DNA of 63,276 bases, filler included, from Diploschistes diacapsis (taxonomy: Eukaryota), in NCBI GenBank assembly GCA_023645945.1. It is 5 parts of 5 records of this genome, joined end to end, with 100 filler letters (N's around TTAATTAATTAA, not from the genome) between each part and the next. Parts side by side here need not be neighbours in the genome. Positions count along the whole stretch, not along the records: positions 1 to 12,589 come from JALAIB010000723.1; positions 12,690 to 25,266 come from JALAIB010000724.1; 3 more parts are not named here. One strand, given 5' to 3'. Below, piece after piece: positions 10,078 to 23,851 of this stretch. How positions within the stretch are numbered: the first letter of the stretch is position 1; every line of letters begins with the position of its first letter. Under the pieces are notes generated by a model. That model did not search any database. It had not been told where the DNA came from and worked only from the letters and a program-made list of their open reading frames with translations. A program made the translations under genes and the position numbers.

Positions 10078-12589
10078 TGCATCGTCCGGCAGCGAATGGT
10101 ATTGTTTGCTGGTTATCCACCGGCGGTAAGCCCTGTATATAAAGAGTGTGGGATGGACAAAGAAGAAGCGCTGACAATGAGCGACAAGGCGAAGCTTTGT
10201 TGCGGTCGAACAATCATCAACAAAACAATTAGCAATTACTCCAGCCGGTGGAGAGAAGTATCCAGGCGAAGCTGAAATGGGGGGAATTCGGGCTCTGGAT
10301 TGGATCAGAGGTGTGGTAGCACGCGGTTTGCCCGCTACTGCGAGCGTACCTGAAATGATGCATTATGGTGTAATGAAAAATGAAACAGCCAGCTGGTAAT
10401 GGTGTTCGGGTAAGCTTCAGGAGTACAAATGTCGCAGTGCAGTTTCACATTTGGAAAATGAATGCATTGTACATTATGCGTAAATTACGAAGGGCCAGGG
10501 GTCAGATTCAGGGCTCAGGCTAGTTCATAACTTACCCGTACTAATTAGTAACACAAGCTTTCCCAAGGCACGGAAGGGGCTGTCACGACCCCCACTACCC
10601 ACGACCCACGACCCCCAGGACCAACTGCTGGAGCTGAAGCTAGGTCTGACTTTTAAGCCTCATCCCAAAATAGCCTCGATTACAATGGCTGGATCAGCGT
10701 CAGCAACTACATTCCTCGGCCTGATTCAAAACCCTCTATTCACTATTTCTGAAGTGCTACTCGTACTTCCGGCTTGTTACTTGCTCGAGTGGCTTGGTTG
10801 TGGGTCGAGAAAATTTATTCTATTATTATTTCAGCTTGTTGGCCTCACCACATGAAGAGCTTTGTTGCATTAAGGAAGGCCTTACCTGACGTCTCTACTG
10901 CTTCAGACCCACACGTCAATGCCTCAAGAGTGTGTCAGGATGAATATGTGTTCTGTGCCGGGCATTGGGATGCGTCACTCGGAAAAATAATTATCCCGCC
11001 GGATCAGATACAAATGTCAGCCCTATTAGGCTAGCCAAACGAACAACATCTCTTCTTTACGCTTTACCTTGGACCACTAGTTACGTACCAGATGCCTCGA
11101 CATGGCGATAAGATTGACCGTCAAGCTCTCGCAATGGCAATGCCGACGGAGATACAGTAAAGTACCGTCTCGAAGTATGGCGCGAATGTATTTCTTCTGG
11201 AAGGCTTCTGCCACCAAGGCCTATTAACGCGCTTCTACTTTATCTACAGCGTCACTTGACTCAGCTTTTTAACAACTGTGCTCGAAACAACATGTAATGA
11301 TAAGGAGAGAAGAATTTTATGGTCTGGATCGAGCGCTGATAGACGAATCGAGTAGGACCATCAAGTCTAGCGGGTTGGATATCACTCAGGTAAGTACCGC
11401 TAAGTGCTCGTACCTTGACAAGAGCCAGCGGTTTCACCTTTTCTTGTTATCAGTGTCGCTCGTTGAAGGGCTTCAAGGCGGATGGAAGGTGCATAGAGCG
11501 CTCTGTCGTGGTCGACAACCGTTGTATGGCCCATTCAATTTCTACTGTCGCCATCGAATTGTATGGTCCTTTACTGCCACAACGGCGACCTGTTTCCGTC
11601 CACACGACAGGTATTAGTGTCAGCTTAGGAACTTCATTCCTGATGCAACGTTGCAATTCAGCCGCTCGTTCCACGCGGAATTCCTATGAGCTCTCCACCG
11701 GAGACCTGTCAGCTTGCTGTGCGTCATGTACAGCATCTGACTTGAGGCTGAAATTGTGCCGGTCTCTGGCTTGCCAGGGCCACTTTGCTGATGTTGCCAT
11801 ATCATTCTGGAACATCATAGTTCACGTTGCTTGCGCACCATTTGGTGCATCTCTACATCGGCGTGACTCCAACAAGTCCTACAACCACTACTTTCATCTA
11901 TGATTGATGACTGCATTCCGCCGGTCTGACGTGCTGCGGATGGCTTGGCTCTAGAATTCAGAATAGACCACAAGTGTCTTCTTCCACGCTTGCGCGCTTT
12001 ACTCTTGCGTGAAGTATCATTTGTCCGTTGTGGTTAAGCAGCATCTAAAGCTTTCTCAATTCGGTTCCAATGATCCCATCCGTGAAACTATATGGCACCC
12101 GTCTCGTTTAACCAGCCGACCCGTCACCTGACGCTCTAGATTGTCAATATGCCCTGGTTTGATCTCGTATTCTAGCGGCCCATCTACCATCTGCCATTAC
12201 ACACAAGCCATTTTTTTTTTCCAATTTTCCATACCTCGAACCTTCATCCAACCCACAACACTCTCTACACCAATTTTCCAGCCGTCCAAAACGGGCTATA
12301 CCCCCGCGATAACTAAGTCAGCATCACGCCCAGCCAGCTGCAGAGACACCCAGCCGTCACTTCGCCGCCCGATCTGACGCCGACAGTTCACATAAATCTA
12401 AGCCCAATCAATTTGAGGGAGATGTGACATGCCCGCCACACTACCCATCCTCTCGCCCCGTATGGGAGGCATGCTACACGACGGCTGCGCTCCAGCAGGT
12501 ATTCGATCTGGAAAATGACCGCCCCCCCCCGCCCCCCACCCCGGCCTCTTGTAGATCCTACGGTATCCTATCTCGGGAGCTTAATAAAC

Positions 12590-12689
12590 NNNNNNNNNNN
12601 NNNNNNNNNNNNNNNNNNNNNNNNNNNNNNNNNTTAATTAATTAANNNNNNNNNNNNNNNNNNNNNNNNNNNNNNNNNNNNNNNNNNNN
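12590..12689. other. Artificial contig linker (N44-TTAATTAATTAA-N44)
   Basis: 100-nt spacer with stops in all six frames, identical at four places. Confidence 0.98.
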
Positions 12690-13088
12690 GTTTATTTGGG
12701 GATCAGGCTGTAGGGGGGGGAAGGAACGTCTTCCTCTACAAGGTAGAGACGCGTACCGGGGATGATTGTTGGGACGAAGAGCAGGGCGCCTCGGAGCCCC
12801 GAATCAGCTCCTGATGGAGGCGGAGGGCGCTGCCGATGTCGATGTCGATGTCGATAGGGTCTACGAGAATTCCCCATAAAGTGGCTGAATGGATCACTTT
12901 TGGCCCACCGACGTTCGATGGGTCTGGATGGAAAATTAAATGACTTGACGTCAAATACCGTAGGGCAGCGAATCGTACTTCTTGAATACCAATCGTATCT
13001 ATGCGTAATCATAAACCTCGTAGTATCGTGCCACAAAGGGAAAAAAGCATGGTCCTGTTCGTCTCAAAAGTCCCATCACTCGCAAATT

Positions 13089-16000
13089 TCATATGGCGCT
13101 TCCAACCGCATCGTCCATAGCATCGACAGCAGGAGCCGGGACTGCCTTATGTACCCCCCGCCCTCCATCTATCATCATGTCATCCGGGTCCTTTCCCTCC
13201 TTGCAGTCGCACCCATACTTCTTCCTAAACTCGAACGGCGCAAGCCCCTTGAGCTTATCCAACGCCCGGTGGCTGGCCCTAATCTTGGCATACTTGCTGC
13301 TGCTCGACTCTGCATCGGCAATGATCTGGAAGTGTATCATGACGACCGCGACAACGCGAGCTGGCGTACCATCCACACTAAGGACCTCATCGGAAAGTAC
13401 GCGGTAGTGCATACAGTTGAAGGTGGTCGACAGCATGTTGGACAGGAAAGTCGTGGGGTGATTGTTGGCGAAGGTGTCGTAGATTGTCATGTCCTCGAAG
13501 TACCAGCGAATATGCTCCTCGAAGAACTTCCCAATCACCGAGTACGAGAAGCATGAATCCACAAAGATCGCACCCAGGTACGATTCGACAATGTCAGGCA
13601 AACACTTGGGAGGGTTCTTGGTACCCGTCCAGTAGTCCTTTGCCCCTTTGGACTCGGCCTCCGCCGTTTGGGTTTCCTCGACGTAGTCCGATATCAAGTA
13701 GATGAGAGTGTTGTGATTTGTCTTCAGATGCTTCTGAAAGTCGAGACGCACACAGAGAGCTCCCAGAAACTTGTTGGATACCATAGCCATTTTGTGCTCG
13801 GTCAGCCATTGCGGATCCTTGTCCGGGTACCTGTAGAAAAGGAAGTTGATGCAGGCCATATCGAGAAGGGAGTCCCCCAGAAACTCCAAACGCTGATACG
13901 AAGGAATATTTCCCCAGACATAAGGCCAAGAAGGATGGGTGAAGGCAGATTGAAGAATTCTCGGCCATTTGAACTTGTACCCCATTTTCTTCTCAATCTG
14001 ATCTGCGAGATTCTGCTGTGCAGCTGTGCATTCTGCGACTTGGTATGCTGGCATCTTATATAGCTTGTAGTAGTCGTCCCATCTCTCCGCATCATGATCG
14101 GAGTTTTTGACAAGCACGGTAACGGCCTTCACAGCCATGTCCATACTCCCAGAATCTTGGTGTGATAGCAGCGCTGCACCAATAAGTGCTTCGCAGACAT
14201 CGGCGATGGTCTTGTCATTAAGACGCTGCACTTGTGGCAAGTACCTATTATTCGCATCCATAAGTTTCCCAGCGGTTTTGCCTTTGAGCAGACTCAGGCG
14301 TTCCGGATACCACGTTCGCCTAGGAGCGTAAGCATGTCATGTTGCGCCACAGCAGAAAGGCCAATCTTACCTGCTGAAGCTTTGGCTTCGGATGTACTTA
14401 TGTAGCTCAATGTCCACAGCGTTCTTGAACAGATTCTTGTTGCAAATCATGATCATGCGCTTGACATGGGATTCAAACTCGTCATCTCCGGCGTTCTGGG
14501 CGTAAAGTGATATCGAGGTGGCCATTTTGAGAAATGAGTCGCCGAGGAACTCCAACCGTTCGTAATTCTTGCCCATTCCTCGTTGGAACTGCATTTGTTC
14601 TGCACGGTGCTCCTCGGAGTTGTCCGAATCCTTTGTCATTGCTTCAAGAGCAAGATCTACACTGATCTTGAGGCCAAGGTAATCACATGCTTCCAGAGCG
14701 ATCAGATATGAATCAATGCGCCAGATCAGTGATGGAAAAACATAAAGCGTTGCAGCAACAGGCACCGAGAGCTATAGTCTATGAGCGAGGAAACACTTGG
14801 TCAAGAACATCCAAATTTACCGGCGATATATTCAGAGGCTCAGGGCAGATATATGTCGCTGTTTTAACGTTTACGTCGTCTGCCTGGAAGTCATCAAGCC
14901 AATTTCGACGGTGCGGTATCTGGTATGCATGCATAACGGGTTGATGCTTTTCCAACGTCTCAATCCAATCGCGAGAGTTCTTCCATAGACTAGAAGTGTA
15001 CGAAAGTATAGAGTCCCAGTGCTTGTGATTGCTTGTAGCAACCCCTTCAGGTGGCGGATCCAATGCGTCCATATCCTCCTGTATAAGTGCAGAGAAATAA
15101 CGTAACGCGCCACCGTGGGGGTCTATCATGAAGTGATTTTCGATCCCCGATCGCGGCGTTCCTCGATACCATCGCATCTGACCGTTCGCTTGAACGTACT
15201 TCATCGCCTCCCAGTCCAAAATTTTTGTTACATGATCTGTAAGGTCGTAATCGTCACAAACTGGAGCAAGCCAGTACGACAACTGCTTCTCGTCGTGATT
15301 GTATGCTTTGTTGAATGGGTCGCGGAAGCACTGCAGAGTGAAGCTAGTTAATAGCTTCAAGCTTTTCTCGTCCACGTGAAGTCTGCTTATCACCGGGATG
15401 ACCTGCACATCAGAGCTGATGCCAGGCTGGAGGTAGACTGGAAATGTCGGGATGCCCGGTAGGCTTTCTCGCGTCAGCAAGACTAGGGGTGCCAGAACAC
15501 GATCGCCAAATCCGAACGCAGGCTCGCCTACCTTCACTAATACCATGGAGAGCTCGCTTGGTACAGTACCCCATGATTGTTCCCAAAACTTAGGCTTAAC
15601 TTGCATATCGTAGGCGTTTGTTTTCTTCACATTGAGCGCTAGATGAGCGTTCCGCATAGCCGGAAGCTGTTTGTGGTATATTGGGATAAGATTCTCGTCA
15701 AGATGGCCATCTCTTCTCAGTAACAAACATGCTTCGAAAGCTGCAGAGCGTTTAGCGACCGACTTTTTGGAGTACGGCCGACCAATAACAGATCGAATAG
15801 GAGAACTCGCCGGAAGTAAGACTTCACAAATGTACCGTTTTCCCTGATAAGACATTATATATAATGGTCGAGACAAGCTTTCTTCGTTCTGAGCCAGACA
15901 TTCTGCAAAGTTGCTAAGCTGTTCAAGGACGGTGCCAAATGTCAGCTTCGCACCAGTGCTTGGTTCTTGATAGAATTGATACATTCTTTCCTTGAGCAGC

Positions 16001-18052
16001 TTCTCGTCAAAGTCGGTTTCGTTACCTATCAGCAGTCGATCTTCTGGCTGGTTCTGACAAAAAGCTCGCAGTTTCAACTCTCCATTCTTCGCGTCGCTGA
16101 CCACCCAGGCGTGTTGCATGTTGCCTGCTTCTGTCATGTGTATGTACTTTGACTGTTTGTGGCGGGCACGGCCTCTGCTCTGAATGTATTGGATCATGGT
16201 TGTATAGAGATCAAAGCGGACAATAACATTGCAAAGGGGAATATCAAGTCCCTCTTCTGCAATTGAAGTCGCAAAGAGCACGTTGAAATCGCCTTGCCGG
16301 AACTTCATCAGGGTCAGCATTTGCTCTCGAATCGTGACTTTGATATCGCCCGATTCCGCCTGCCGAGTACCAATGAGCGTGCCGACCCGCATATTAGGGA
16401 AGTGCATCCTTTTGAAGAGATCCGCCAATAGCCTAGCGGTTGAACGACGCTGTACGAAGATAATGGACCTGGTTTCCGTAGGATTCTCGTACTCGGCATC
16501 TAAGAATTCCTTGAGACGGACGACTTTGGCGCTCAGAGCGGGTGGTTTCATAGTTAATGAAACCTCCGGAATCAAGTTTGCTGATTCGTTGAGGACATCC
16601 TTGGCTTCTTTGATCATGTTAATTTCTAGTTCAAGGGCAGTTTTGGAAAGTGCGTCAGATGCAAAATCGCGCTCCGTCTTGCGTTCCAACTTGGCCGCTT
16701 CTTCATCCTCCAGGGCTAGTTCCCACAACCGGTCTGCACACCACTCTCCTAACTCTGAAGCAGTCAATCTAGCCTTCTCGAAATACTTCCTAAGTGAGAT
16801 TGAGCAGCGGAATCTATTCTCTAGAATAATGCACAGAGGCGTTGAATAAGGTTGCGGAAGTGCCGGATACTGGAGAACTTTCTCGTCAGGACGGCTGACT
16901 GCACTTTGCAGGAGCTCGAAGTTTGATGTCGTAGCTATTTTGGCGTGAAGAAGATGCTCGAGTTCTCTGGTATTTATCAGTATATTTACGGCGCCATATG
17001 CCTAGACTACTACCTACCTGGCAGCTTGTATAACATCGACCTTGGCATCAACGGGAGAAGCGGTCATGCCGAATATCTTGGGCCGTTTTGATACTTCACA
17101 ATCCAGGTAGAAGTCCTTAATTATCCTGGCGTAACATCAGTCTACGGACTAAAAGCAACCACAACTTACATACCTAGCGTAAACATGATTCTTCTTGGTG
17201 TGATGTGCCTCGTCAAAAATGAGAAGGTTGATCTGATGCATCTGGATGAAGCCACGGGAAAGACAGTTGTAGAGTATGTCGGCAGTGCAAACGACTGCCA
17301 TATTCCTTGAGAAGTGATTTGCCCATGAAGCCTTGTTCCAGGTATCCACATTCATATCACCACAGAACCGATCTATTTGCTGGTCCAGATTATGCTCTAG
17401 GACAGCAAACTGCTGATAGACGAGAGTAACCACGTCCACTAGAAAGAAGGCGATACGATGAGGGTTCTTCGATGCTCGACTTTCTAGCTCTTGTTCCAGC
17501 ACATACTTGAGAAGTAGGACTGCAATCAAAGTCTTGCCGGAGCCGGTATCCAGAACGGCAATGGTGTTCTCCTTCTTTGCGCGTTCAAAAAGCTCCAGCT
17601 GATATTCTCGTGGATCATTAATGATATTCCTCGCTTCTGCCTGGTTGGCAAGTCCACGAATTGAAAGCAGCTCAGTGGCCTCGTTTTGGACACGGACTTT
17701 CTTGTCCTCCTCAGTAGTGTTTCTGGCTCGATTAATTTTCCTATCGGCACTAATAAGCGTGCGGAGTTCAGAGCGTCGGCTATACTCACCAGGAGTCAAA
17801 GACGGCATACTGCTGGCGTTTCCGCTGCGACGCCTGAGGCTTCTTAGAAGCGCTCTCAGGCTCGGCGTTGTCATCAGTGTCACCGTCTTCTGTATCCTTC
17901 TTAGCCTGTTCATCTGATCCTCCCGAATCCTCGCCACTTTGCACTGTTTCCTGCTTTAACTTCTGAGGGATTACTCGTTCATATGATGCATCAGTACTGC
18001 ATGAGACTTGACTGGGTGGCTGGGCTCTTGACTTTGAGCCATAGCCCGGCAT
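13089..18052 (-). CDS. dcl1: Dicer-like protein 1 (helicase, Dicer dimerisation domain, two RNase III domains, C-terminal dsRBD)
   Basis: [66 protein letters not shown] (RNase IIIa), [12 protein letters not shown] (RNase IIIb), terminal GCDC. Introns include 17789-17741, 14820-14772, 14370-14320 and two near 17170-16970. Start uncertain (ATG 18052 or 18130). Confidence 0.93.
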
Positions 18053-18508
18053 GTTGAGTGATAAAAGGGAATGAGGATTGGATGAAAGGAAAGGCGCTCC
18101 CCATAAGGAATCAGGCAAACTTGAAGGCATCGAGATAAATGAAGGTGAATAGATCAATTAAATGCTATTACTGCCGATAGTGTACATCCAGTTGTGATCA
18201 TACAAACATCGCTAATCTCATGTGTTTGCTCGTAGTAGCACGTTGGACATAATCCATTCGATTCACATGACCACATGCAATGAATTCACTACAAATTGCT
18301 CGCAGAGAAAGGACGTTTTACCACGCATGCCTTTTGCTGAAGTTAAAGAAAATGCTTTCACTCAGACACGGGAGGAGGCATGATAACACAGCATGGTCCG
18401 TGCCCAATTCCACATCCGCTCCCATACGACCTGACTCTGAAACTTGAGTTGCATCTTTTGAAAGCTAACGCTAGCACAGCTCGTAAAATCATATCAATCT
18501 CAACACTA

Positions 18509-19564
18509 ATGGAAGACTCCGAATTTAGTCTCAAGGTGCTATTCACAAAAGCTACGCAACTGCGCGAGCAACTTGAAGGCCTTCAGAGCACAAGCGAGCA
18601 ATATCAGGAGGACTTACGCGCCGCCATTTCGCAGTACGAAGAATGCCGCCACCGAGCTTCGCAGGTTTCTCTATTCAGTCCCAACGAGAACGCAGACGAT
18701 ATTTCCTCGAGTGACTTGAGATATCTGCCAGTGGATTACCATATAGGGGAGCTAATACCCAAGACGATCAGCCAAGACCGCAGGCCCCTCCTACGCAGCG
18801 CTCAAGATGCGTATTCGAGGTATCTAGGCCTGTTAGACGACTACCAGCTTCTATCTGTAAGAGACAAAAGGCTTTTCGGCACATTCAATAAAGACAAAGA
18901 CAATTTCACCCTCCTACCAAGCCATGATCCTACCGCTCGACGCGATAACAAGATCGCGCGGTACAATCAGGAGAAGGAGCTTAGGCAGAAGCTCGAATAT
19001 CTCTCCAGGAATCCGCTTGCCCTCCAGCATGACGATTCGGTGCTCCGACAGCTCCACCTAGCTGAGTTAGCCCTCTGTACACATCAAACGTTCTATGCCC
19101 TTGACCAAATTGCGCAAGAGTTGAAGATGCTCGCCCTAGCTCCCCCACTAGCTACCAGATTGGTAGAGCAAGACCAGCGCGAGCGCGACGGCCGAGTAAG
19201 AAATGGCTATTCAGACCGTCTCGACCCTTCCCTACAGTTATTATTACGCAATGGCAAAGCAGGGCCTATACTCAATAAAGACGGCCGACCTTTGCAGCCC
19301 TTCACACTGCTTGATTCGAGGCAAAGGCTGCAGAATGGCGTGTTTCGACCGTCGCACAATCTGCCAACCATGACGATTGAGGAATACCTCGAGGAAGAGA
19401 AAAGGAAAGGCGGCATTATAGAAGGAGGGGGCGAGCAGGCGGCTAAGGAGGTCAACGAGGACGATCTAGAGGCCGCAGACGTGGAGACGATGAAAGCGCG
19501 AGAGTGGGACGAATTCAAGGAAGCGAACCCACGAGGAAGCGGGAATACACTGAATAGAGGATGA
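18509..19564 (+). CDS. TAP42: Tap42/alpha4 PP2A-family phosphatase-associated protein
   Basis: SLFSPNENADDISSSDLRYL, RDNKIARY, LPTMTIEEYLEEE, KAREWDEFKEANPRGSGNTLNRG. Confidence 0.92.
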   Translation: MEDSEFSLKVLFTKATQLREQLEGLQSTSEQYQEDLRAAISQYEECRHRASQVSLFSPNENADDISSSDLRYLPVDYHIGELIPKTISQDRRPLLRSAQDAYSRYLGLLDDYQLLSVRDKRLFGTFNKDKDNFTLLPSHDPTARRDNKIARYNQEKELRQKLEYLSRNPLALQHDDSVLRQLHLAELALCTHQTFYALDQIAQELKMLALAPPLATRLVEQDQRERDGRVRNGYSDRLDPSLQLLLRNGKAGPILNKDGRPLQPFTLLDSRQRLQNGVFRPSHNLPTMTIEEYLEEEKRKGGIIEGGGEQAAKEVNEDDLEAADVETMKAREWDEFKEANPRGSGNTLNRG

Positions 19565-19613
19565 GAATTTCTTGGCTGTCACATGTTGAGCCCGCTTCGA
19601 AGTTTCAGGAAAT

Positions 19614-20710
19614 CTATGTGCAATCCAGATGAACCTCCCAATGCATGAGCCAAAAAGGGTTACTTCGTTGGTCTTCCACCCCCTACGGTATACCCTTGAT
19701 CCCTCCCCAGCCTCTCCTCGTCGTCCTCCAGAAGCTGATACGCGGGCATGTACCTTTTTCCGTTGACGGTGGGCGTGCCGGCTCCGTCGTCATCCGCTAC
19801 CTGCAGCGCCGGGTTTGGATGCGTATCTCTAGTGCCGCCTAAGCTTGTGTAGCCTTGGTCGTAGAGCTCGCAGTAAGGGATCTTAAGGTGTCGAATAAAC
19901 TGCAGCGTCCATGATCAGCCGCCACTTCATTATCCGCTCATATGGGCATTTTTGGCCGACTTACCGCCCATATCTCCCTATAATGCCAGTCCAGCACCGC
20001 GCACACCCGCATGAAAGCCGGCCACATTCTATCCGTTGGACTGAAAGAGCTCAAGTCCCCTCCATGCGGATCTGTTCTCCTTGTTCCCACGAGTATGGCC
20101 TGCACCCCGTTCCCCGGCCCTCCTTCGCCTAGGTAATCCCGGAAGGCCTCCCGCATATCTTCATGCTTCAGCCGGAGTATGTCAAGAAGGTATTGTTTGG
20201 AGGATGAAGCAACGAAGGAGTCCACTTCCGCGAAAGGGTCTTTGGAGACGATATAGATAGACCGGAGGGACGCTGGAAGGGTCGACGGGTAGGTTGCGAG
20301 GCAGGAGAGATAGAGGATCAGGAGGACGAGACAGTCCTTACCGCCGTTGTAGGAGAGGCAGAGGGTGTGGAGGCTAGAAGGAAGGAGGTGAGTTAGCAGC
20401 AAAGATTGACGGAGACTATGTGATTGGGAAAGGCGACAGGGAGGTAGGAATCCATTGCTGACTCGAAGCAATCTTGCGGGTATTGCGCTAAAAAGTGGAT
20501 GAGACTTGCTCTGCTTACTTACGGATATCTGAACAGTGCCTCTTCAATAACGGCTATCGATGCGCGGGCTTGGTGCTGAGTGGCGCGTAGAATCTCATCT
20601 GAAGGCTCTGAGGCGAGGAAGTCGTCCACTTGCCGCCTTATATTTTTGCATAAGGACCGGAGCGGGCTCAAATCGGCTTCAGGGATCGCATTAGGGGTCA
20701 TAATAGTCAT
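19614..20710 (-). CDS. FAD1: FAD synthetase (FMN adenylyltransferase, PAPS-reductase family)
   Basis: LSYNGGKDCLVLL, GTRRTDP, WPAFMRV..LDWHYREIW, LYDQGYTSLGG...THPNPAL, EERLGR. Introns 20522-20374 and 19964-19900. Start uncertain (20710 or 20776). Confidence 0.88.
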
Positions 20711-21074
20711 GAGAGCGGAAGCGGACGTGGAAGTGGAGGCAATGGTGGGGTCGGGGCAATGGAAGTTCACCCTCATAACCTATAGTTGATCGAAGCTACG
20801 GCGCGGAAATGGACATCGTACGAGTTGAGAACCAGGAGTCCATTATAGAGCAGGGTTTCAAATATCTGCCGTGAATGAGATGTTCAAGCTCGGAATAGTT
20901 GGAGGAATGAAGGAGGCATGTGAGGAGCCAAGCCTTGCCCCTGAGTCAAAGTCGAATATCTGAAATGAATACGTGAAAAGCTTCAAGTTATATGGACAAT
21001 CGTGCTGTAATATTTGCAATATGATCACCCCTGTATGATTGTTTTCATACCCACCGGGCTATTGGAGTCAACCA

Positions 21075-23524
21075 TTATAAGTAGCTTGCTGCCAAAGCCT
21101 CCAAATCCTCTAGTTTCCCAGGCTTTTCCTCTTCCAAATCGAGTGTCTCTTGATACGGTGTCTCCTTGGCTGGACTTGAGCCGTTTTTTCGTCTCTTGGC
21201 CTTCCCTTTCAATATCTCATTGTCAAGTTCGCTACTGCTTTCGCCATAAGACTCCCTTCTTAGATTGCTCTGCTGAACGCCTTCATCTTCTTCATAGGGT
21301 GCCAAAACCACCTGCGTTTCCTCCTTTTCTCTTGCCTCTTTCTCACGCTCTTTCTGCTTGGCCCTCTTTGCCTTTCTCTTCTCCTTGGCAAGCGCCTTGT
21401 CGATGGCATCAGCAGCAAGGACCCTCTCTTGCTCTTCATCAATGAATCTCTGTCTCTGGTCCGTAGCAGCTCCAGCTAGTTTAAAATCTTCCTCATCTTT
21501 CATTTCGTAAACCGCATGTGGATTACCCTCGTCGTCAAATACAAGCTTGCTCCCTTTACCCTGATATTTAAGCAACTGCTTTTTAGATTTTAGGAGCTTT
21601 TCTCGTCGCTTTGAATCTAACGGTATTGGCTCCCTCCCAGGCAGCTGGATGAACCTTTTAGCCTGTTGTTGTGGAGGGGGTGGACTATTGGAGGCTTCAG
21701 GAGGTGAGCCACTGGGATCTGGCCAGAAATGACGCTTAGTGGTGAGGAAAGCCCCGTCATCGTCAATATTGCCATCCAAATCTCGTTCCTCCAGCTTTTC
21801 ATGATCTATTAGATTAGCGTAGTGCGTCGACAGTATATCTTGATTTTGCCGTTCGAACATCCGGTCGTATTTGGTCCGCACCGCCTTGACCACTGGCTGT
21901 ACATTGCCTTCTTCATCATCTGACGAGGCTAACATTTGGCGAGGTGCATTTTTGAGCCTTTTGGAATCGTCGCCTCTTTGAAATTTTATACGGGGACTTC
22001 CTGGTAAGCCTAGGCTCGTTGCGTATTCTTCCAGAGGTAATTTCCGCACATCAAAGACATCTTTATCCTTTTGGATGTTGATGGATTTCACATACGCAAT
22101 GAAGGCCTTCTGGCCCAAATACTTAAGTTCTGGATCTTTGAAGCACATATTCTGCAGTTGACCTTTAATAGATTCTTGCTTTCTGTCTCGCACTTTGATC
22201 TCTTCAATGGGTATTTTCTTGTGCTTTAATCTCTCGACCATAGCTTCCTCCTCACTAGGCTGAAGCAACAGCACCGCTCGACCGTCTCGCCCGTAGCGTG
22301 CTGTGCGTCCGACCCGATGTACATAGGTATCAGCGTCTTGTGGACAGTCAACGGAGATTACCCATTCGACGGTTGGAAAGTCAAGTCCTCGGGCTGCAAC
22401 ATCCGTTGAAAACAGGCATACATGCTTCGCCGCCGCAAACCGGCTAGTGATGTCCATTCGTGCACTCTGCTTCTGCCGACCATGTAGGTGAAGCAACGGG
22501 ATCCCGGGCTGCAGATGCCGAAAGCTTTCGTAGACGAACCGCACCTGCTTGCCACTGGATAAAAATACAAGTATCTTAGACTTGACATTAGCGCGGAGGA
22601 AGCTCCACAAGACATCAAGCTTATCCGGAAGTGGCGTCACTACGTAGTGTTGCTTCAGAGTCTCTGGTGTGGCACTGGCTGCCGTCTCATGCACAGCTAT
22701 ATATGCTGGGTTGTTTAAACTTAGTCGAGCCAAGTCGCTGATTTTTTTGGTTTGGGTCGCGCTGAACAACAGCGTCTGTCGCTCTCTCCCCTTTAGATGT
22801 TCAATGATAGCATCAACGGTCGTCCGGAAGCCCATGTCCATTATCATGTCTGCTTCGTCCAAGACAAGAATTTGTAGATTCTGCGTCTCGAAAGTTGACG
22901 TCTGATCAAGGTGCTGCAGCCTGATTAACGGTAAGCAATTCGCCCGATGTAGCGATCGTAATCAAGGCATACTCACATCCGCCCCGGGGTGCATACTAGA
23001 ATGTTCATTCTTCCCAGTCTCTCCTGCTCCTCTTGGACACTTTTTCCTCCAATTACCAGCCCCGCAGAGAACATATGGAATTGGCCGACTTTCCTGAGCA
23101 CATCGAATATCTGTATAGCCAGCTCTCTCGTTGGGCTTACTATCACCGCTCCAAGCCCATCGTACTCCGTCCATCGTTTGTGGACAAGCTTCTCGAGTAC
23201 GGGTACGAGGAATGCCAAGGTCTTGCCAGATCCAGTCTTCGCAGCGGCTAGAATATCAGAACCCTTGAGAGCAAGAGCTATAGCTTGTTGCTGTATAGTA
23301 GTCAATGTCTTGAAATGTGATTTTGAAAGACCAGAGCGAGTGGCCTGTGAGAGGGGTAGCTCTTCAAAGGTTGTCACCCGCGAAGTAGTATCAAAATCGC
23401 GAATTCTCCCTTCGAGTGCAGCGATATCCTCATCTTCGCGCTTGCGCTTCAGTTTGCGCTGGCTTTGATGGACTTTAGGCTTCTCAATTGCTTTGTTGGA
23501 GCGAGAAGCAGACGCTTGAATCAT
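21075..23524 (-). CDS. DBP4: ATP-dependent DEAD-box RNA helicase Dbp4/DDX10 (18S rRNA biogenesis)
   Basis: [34 protein letters not shown] (intron 22976-22921), [44 protein letters not shown]. Confidence 0.93.
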
Positions 23525-23851
23525 GTTTGAAATGACGGGTTAAGTAACCTTATGCCTGAAGTCGTGCGACATCCCCAGGTATATGTGTATCTAGAAAAGT
23601 TCGCTACTGACAGCCGATCAGTTCCGCAGCCCTACGCAACGCAATTGTTACCATACCTACGGAGTTGGGTCCGAAGCAACCAACAAGACATGGCAACTCA
23701 AGCTTTTAGATCGCTTAGCTATGTTGGACCTTAGGGATACCGCTGTCTTAATCCAACAAGGTTCGTTTTTCTCTTCAATGTTAAGAGTTAAAGCTCGCTC
23801 TCATGAAGCTGTAGCCTAATTTCTGCTATGAACAGACCTTTCTGAAGCCTT

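Noticed and set aside
10700..12589. Several short ORFs at the end of contig 1
   Set aside because: No coherent reading frame, splice structure or known motif.
12634..12645. TTAATTAATTAA recurring every ~12.7 kb as a periodic element
   Set aside because: Always embedded in N runs; it is a six-frame-stop linker added during concatenation.
3142..18052. Apparent genome-defence cluster (Clr5 protein, Dicer and RIP relics)
   Set aside because: The genes lie on different contigs separated by an artificial linker.
791..20710. Functional link between the FAD monooxygenase and FAD synthetase
   Set aside because: Different contigs; FAD1 is a housekeeping gene.
22845..22865. DEADM rather than DEADR in Dbp4 motif II
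   Set aside because: The residue after DEAD varies among DEAD-box proteins, and all other motifs are intact.
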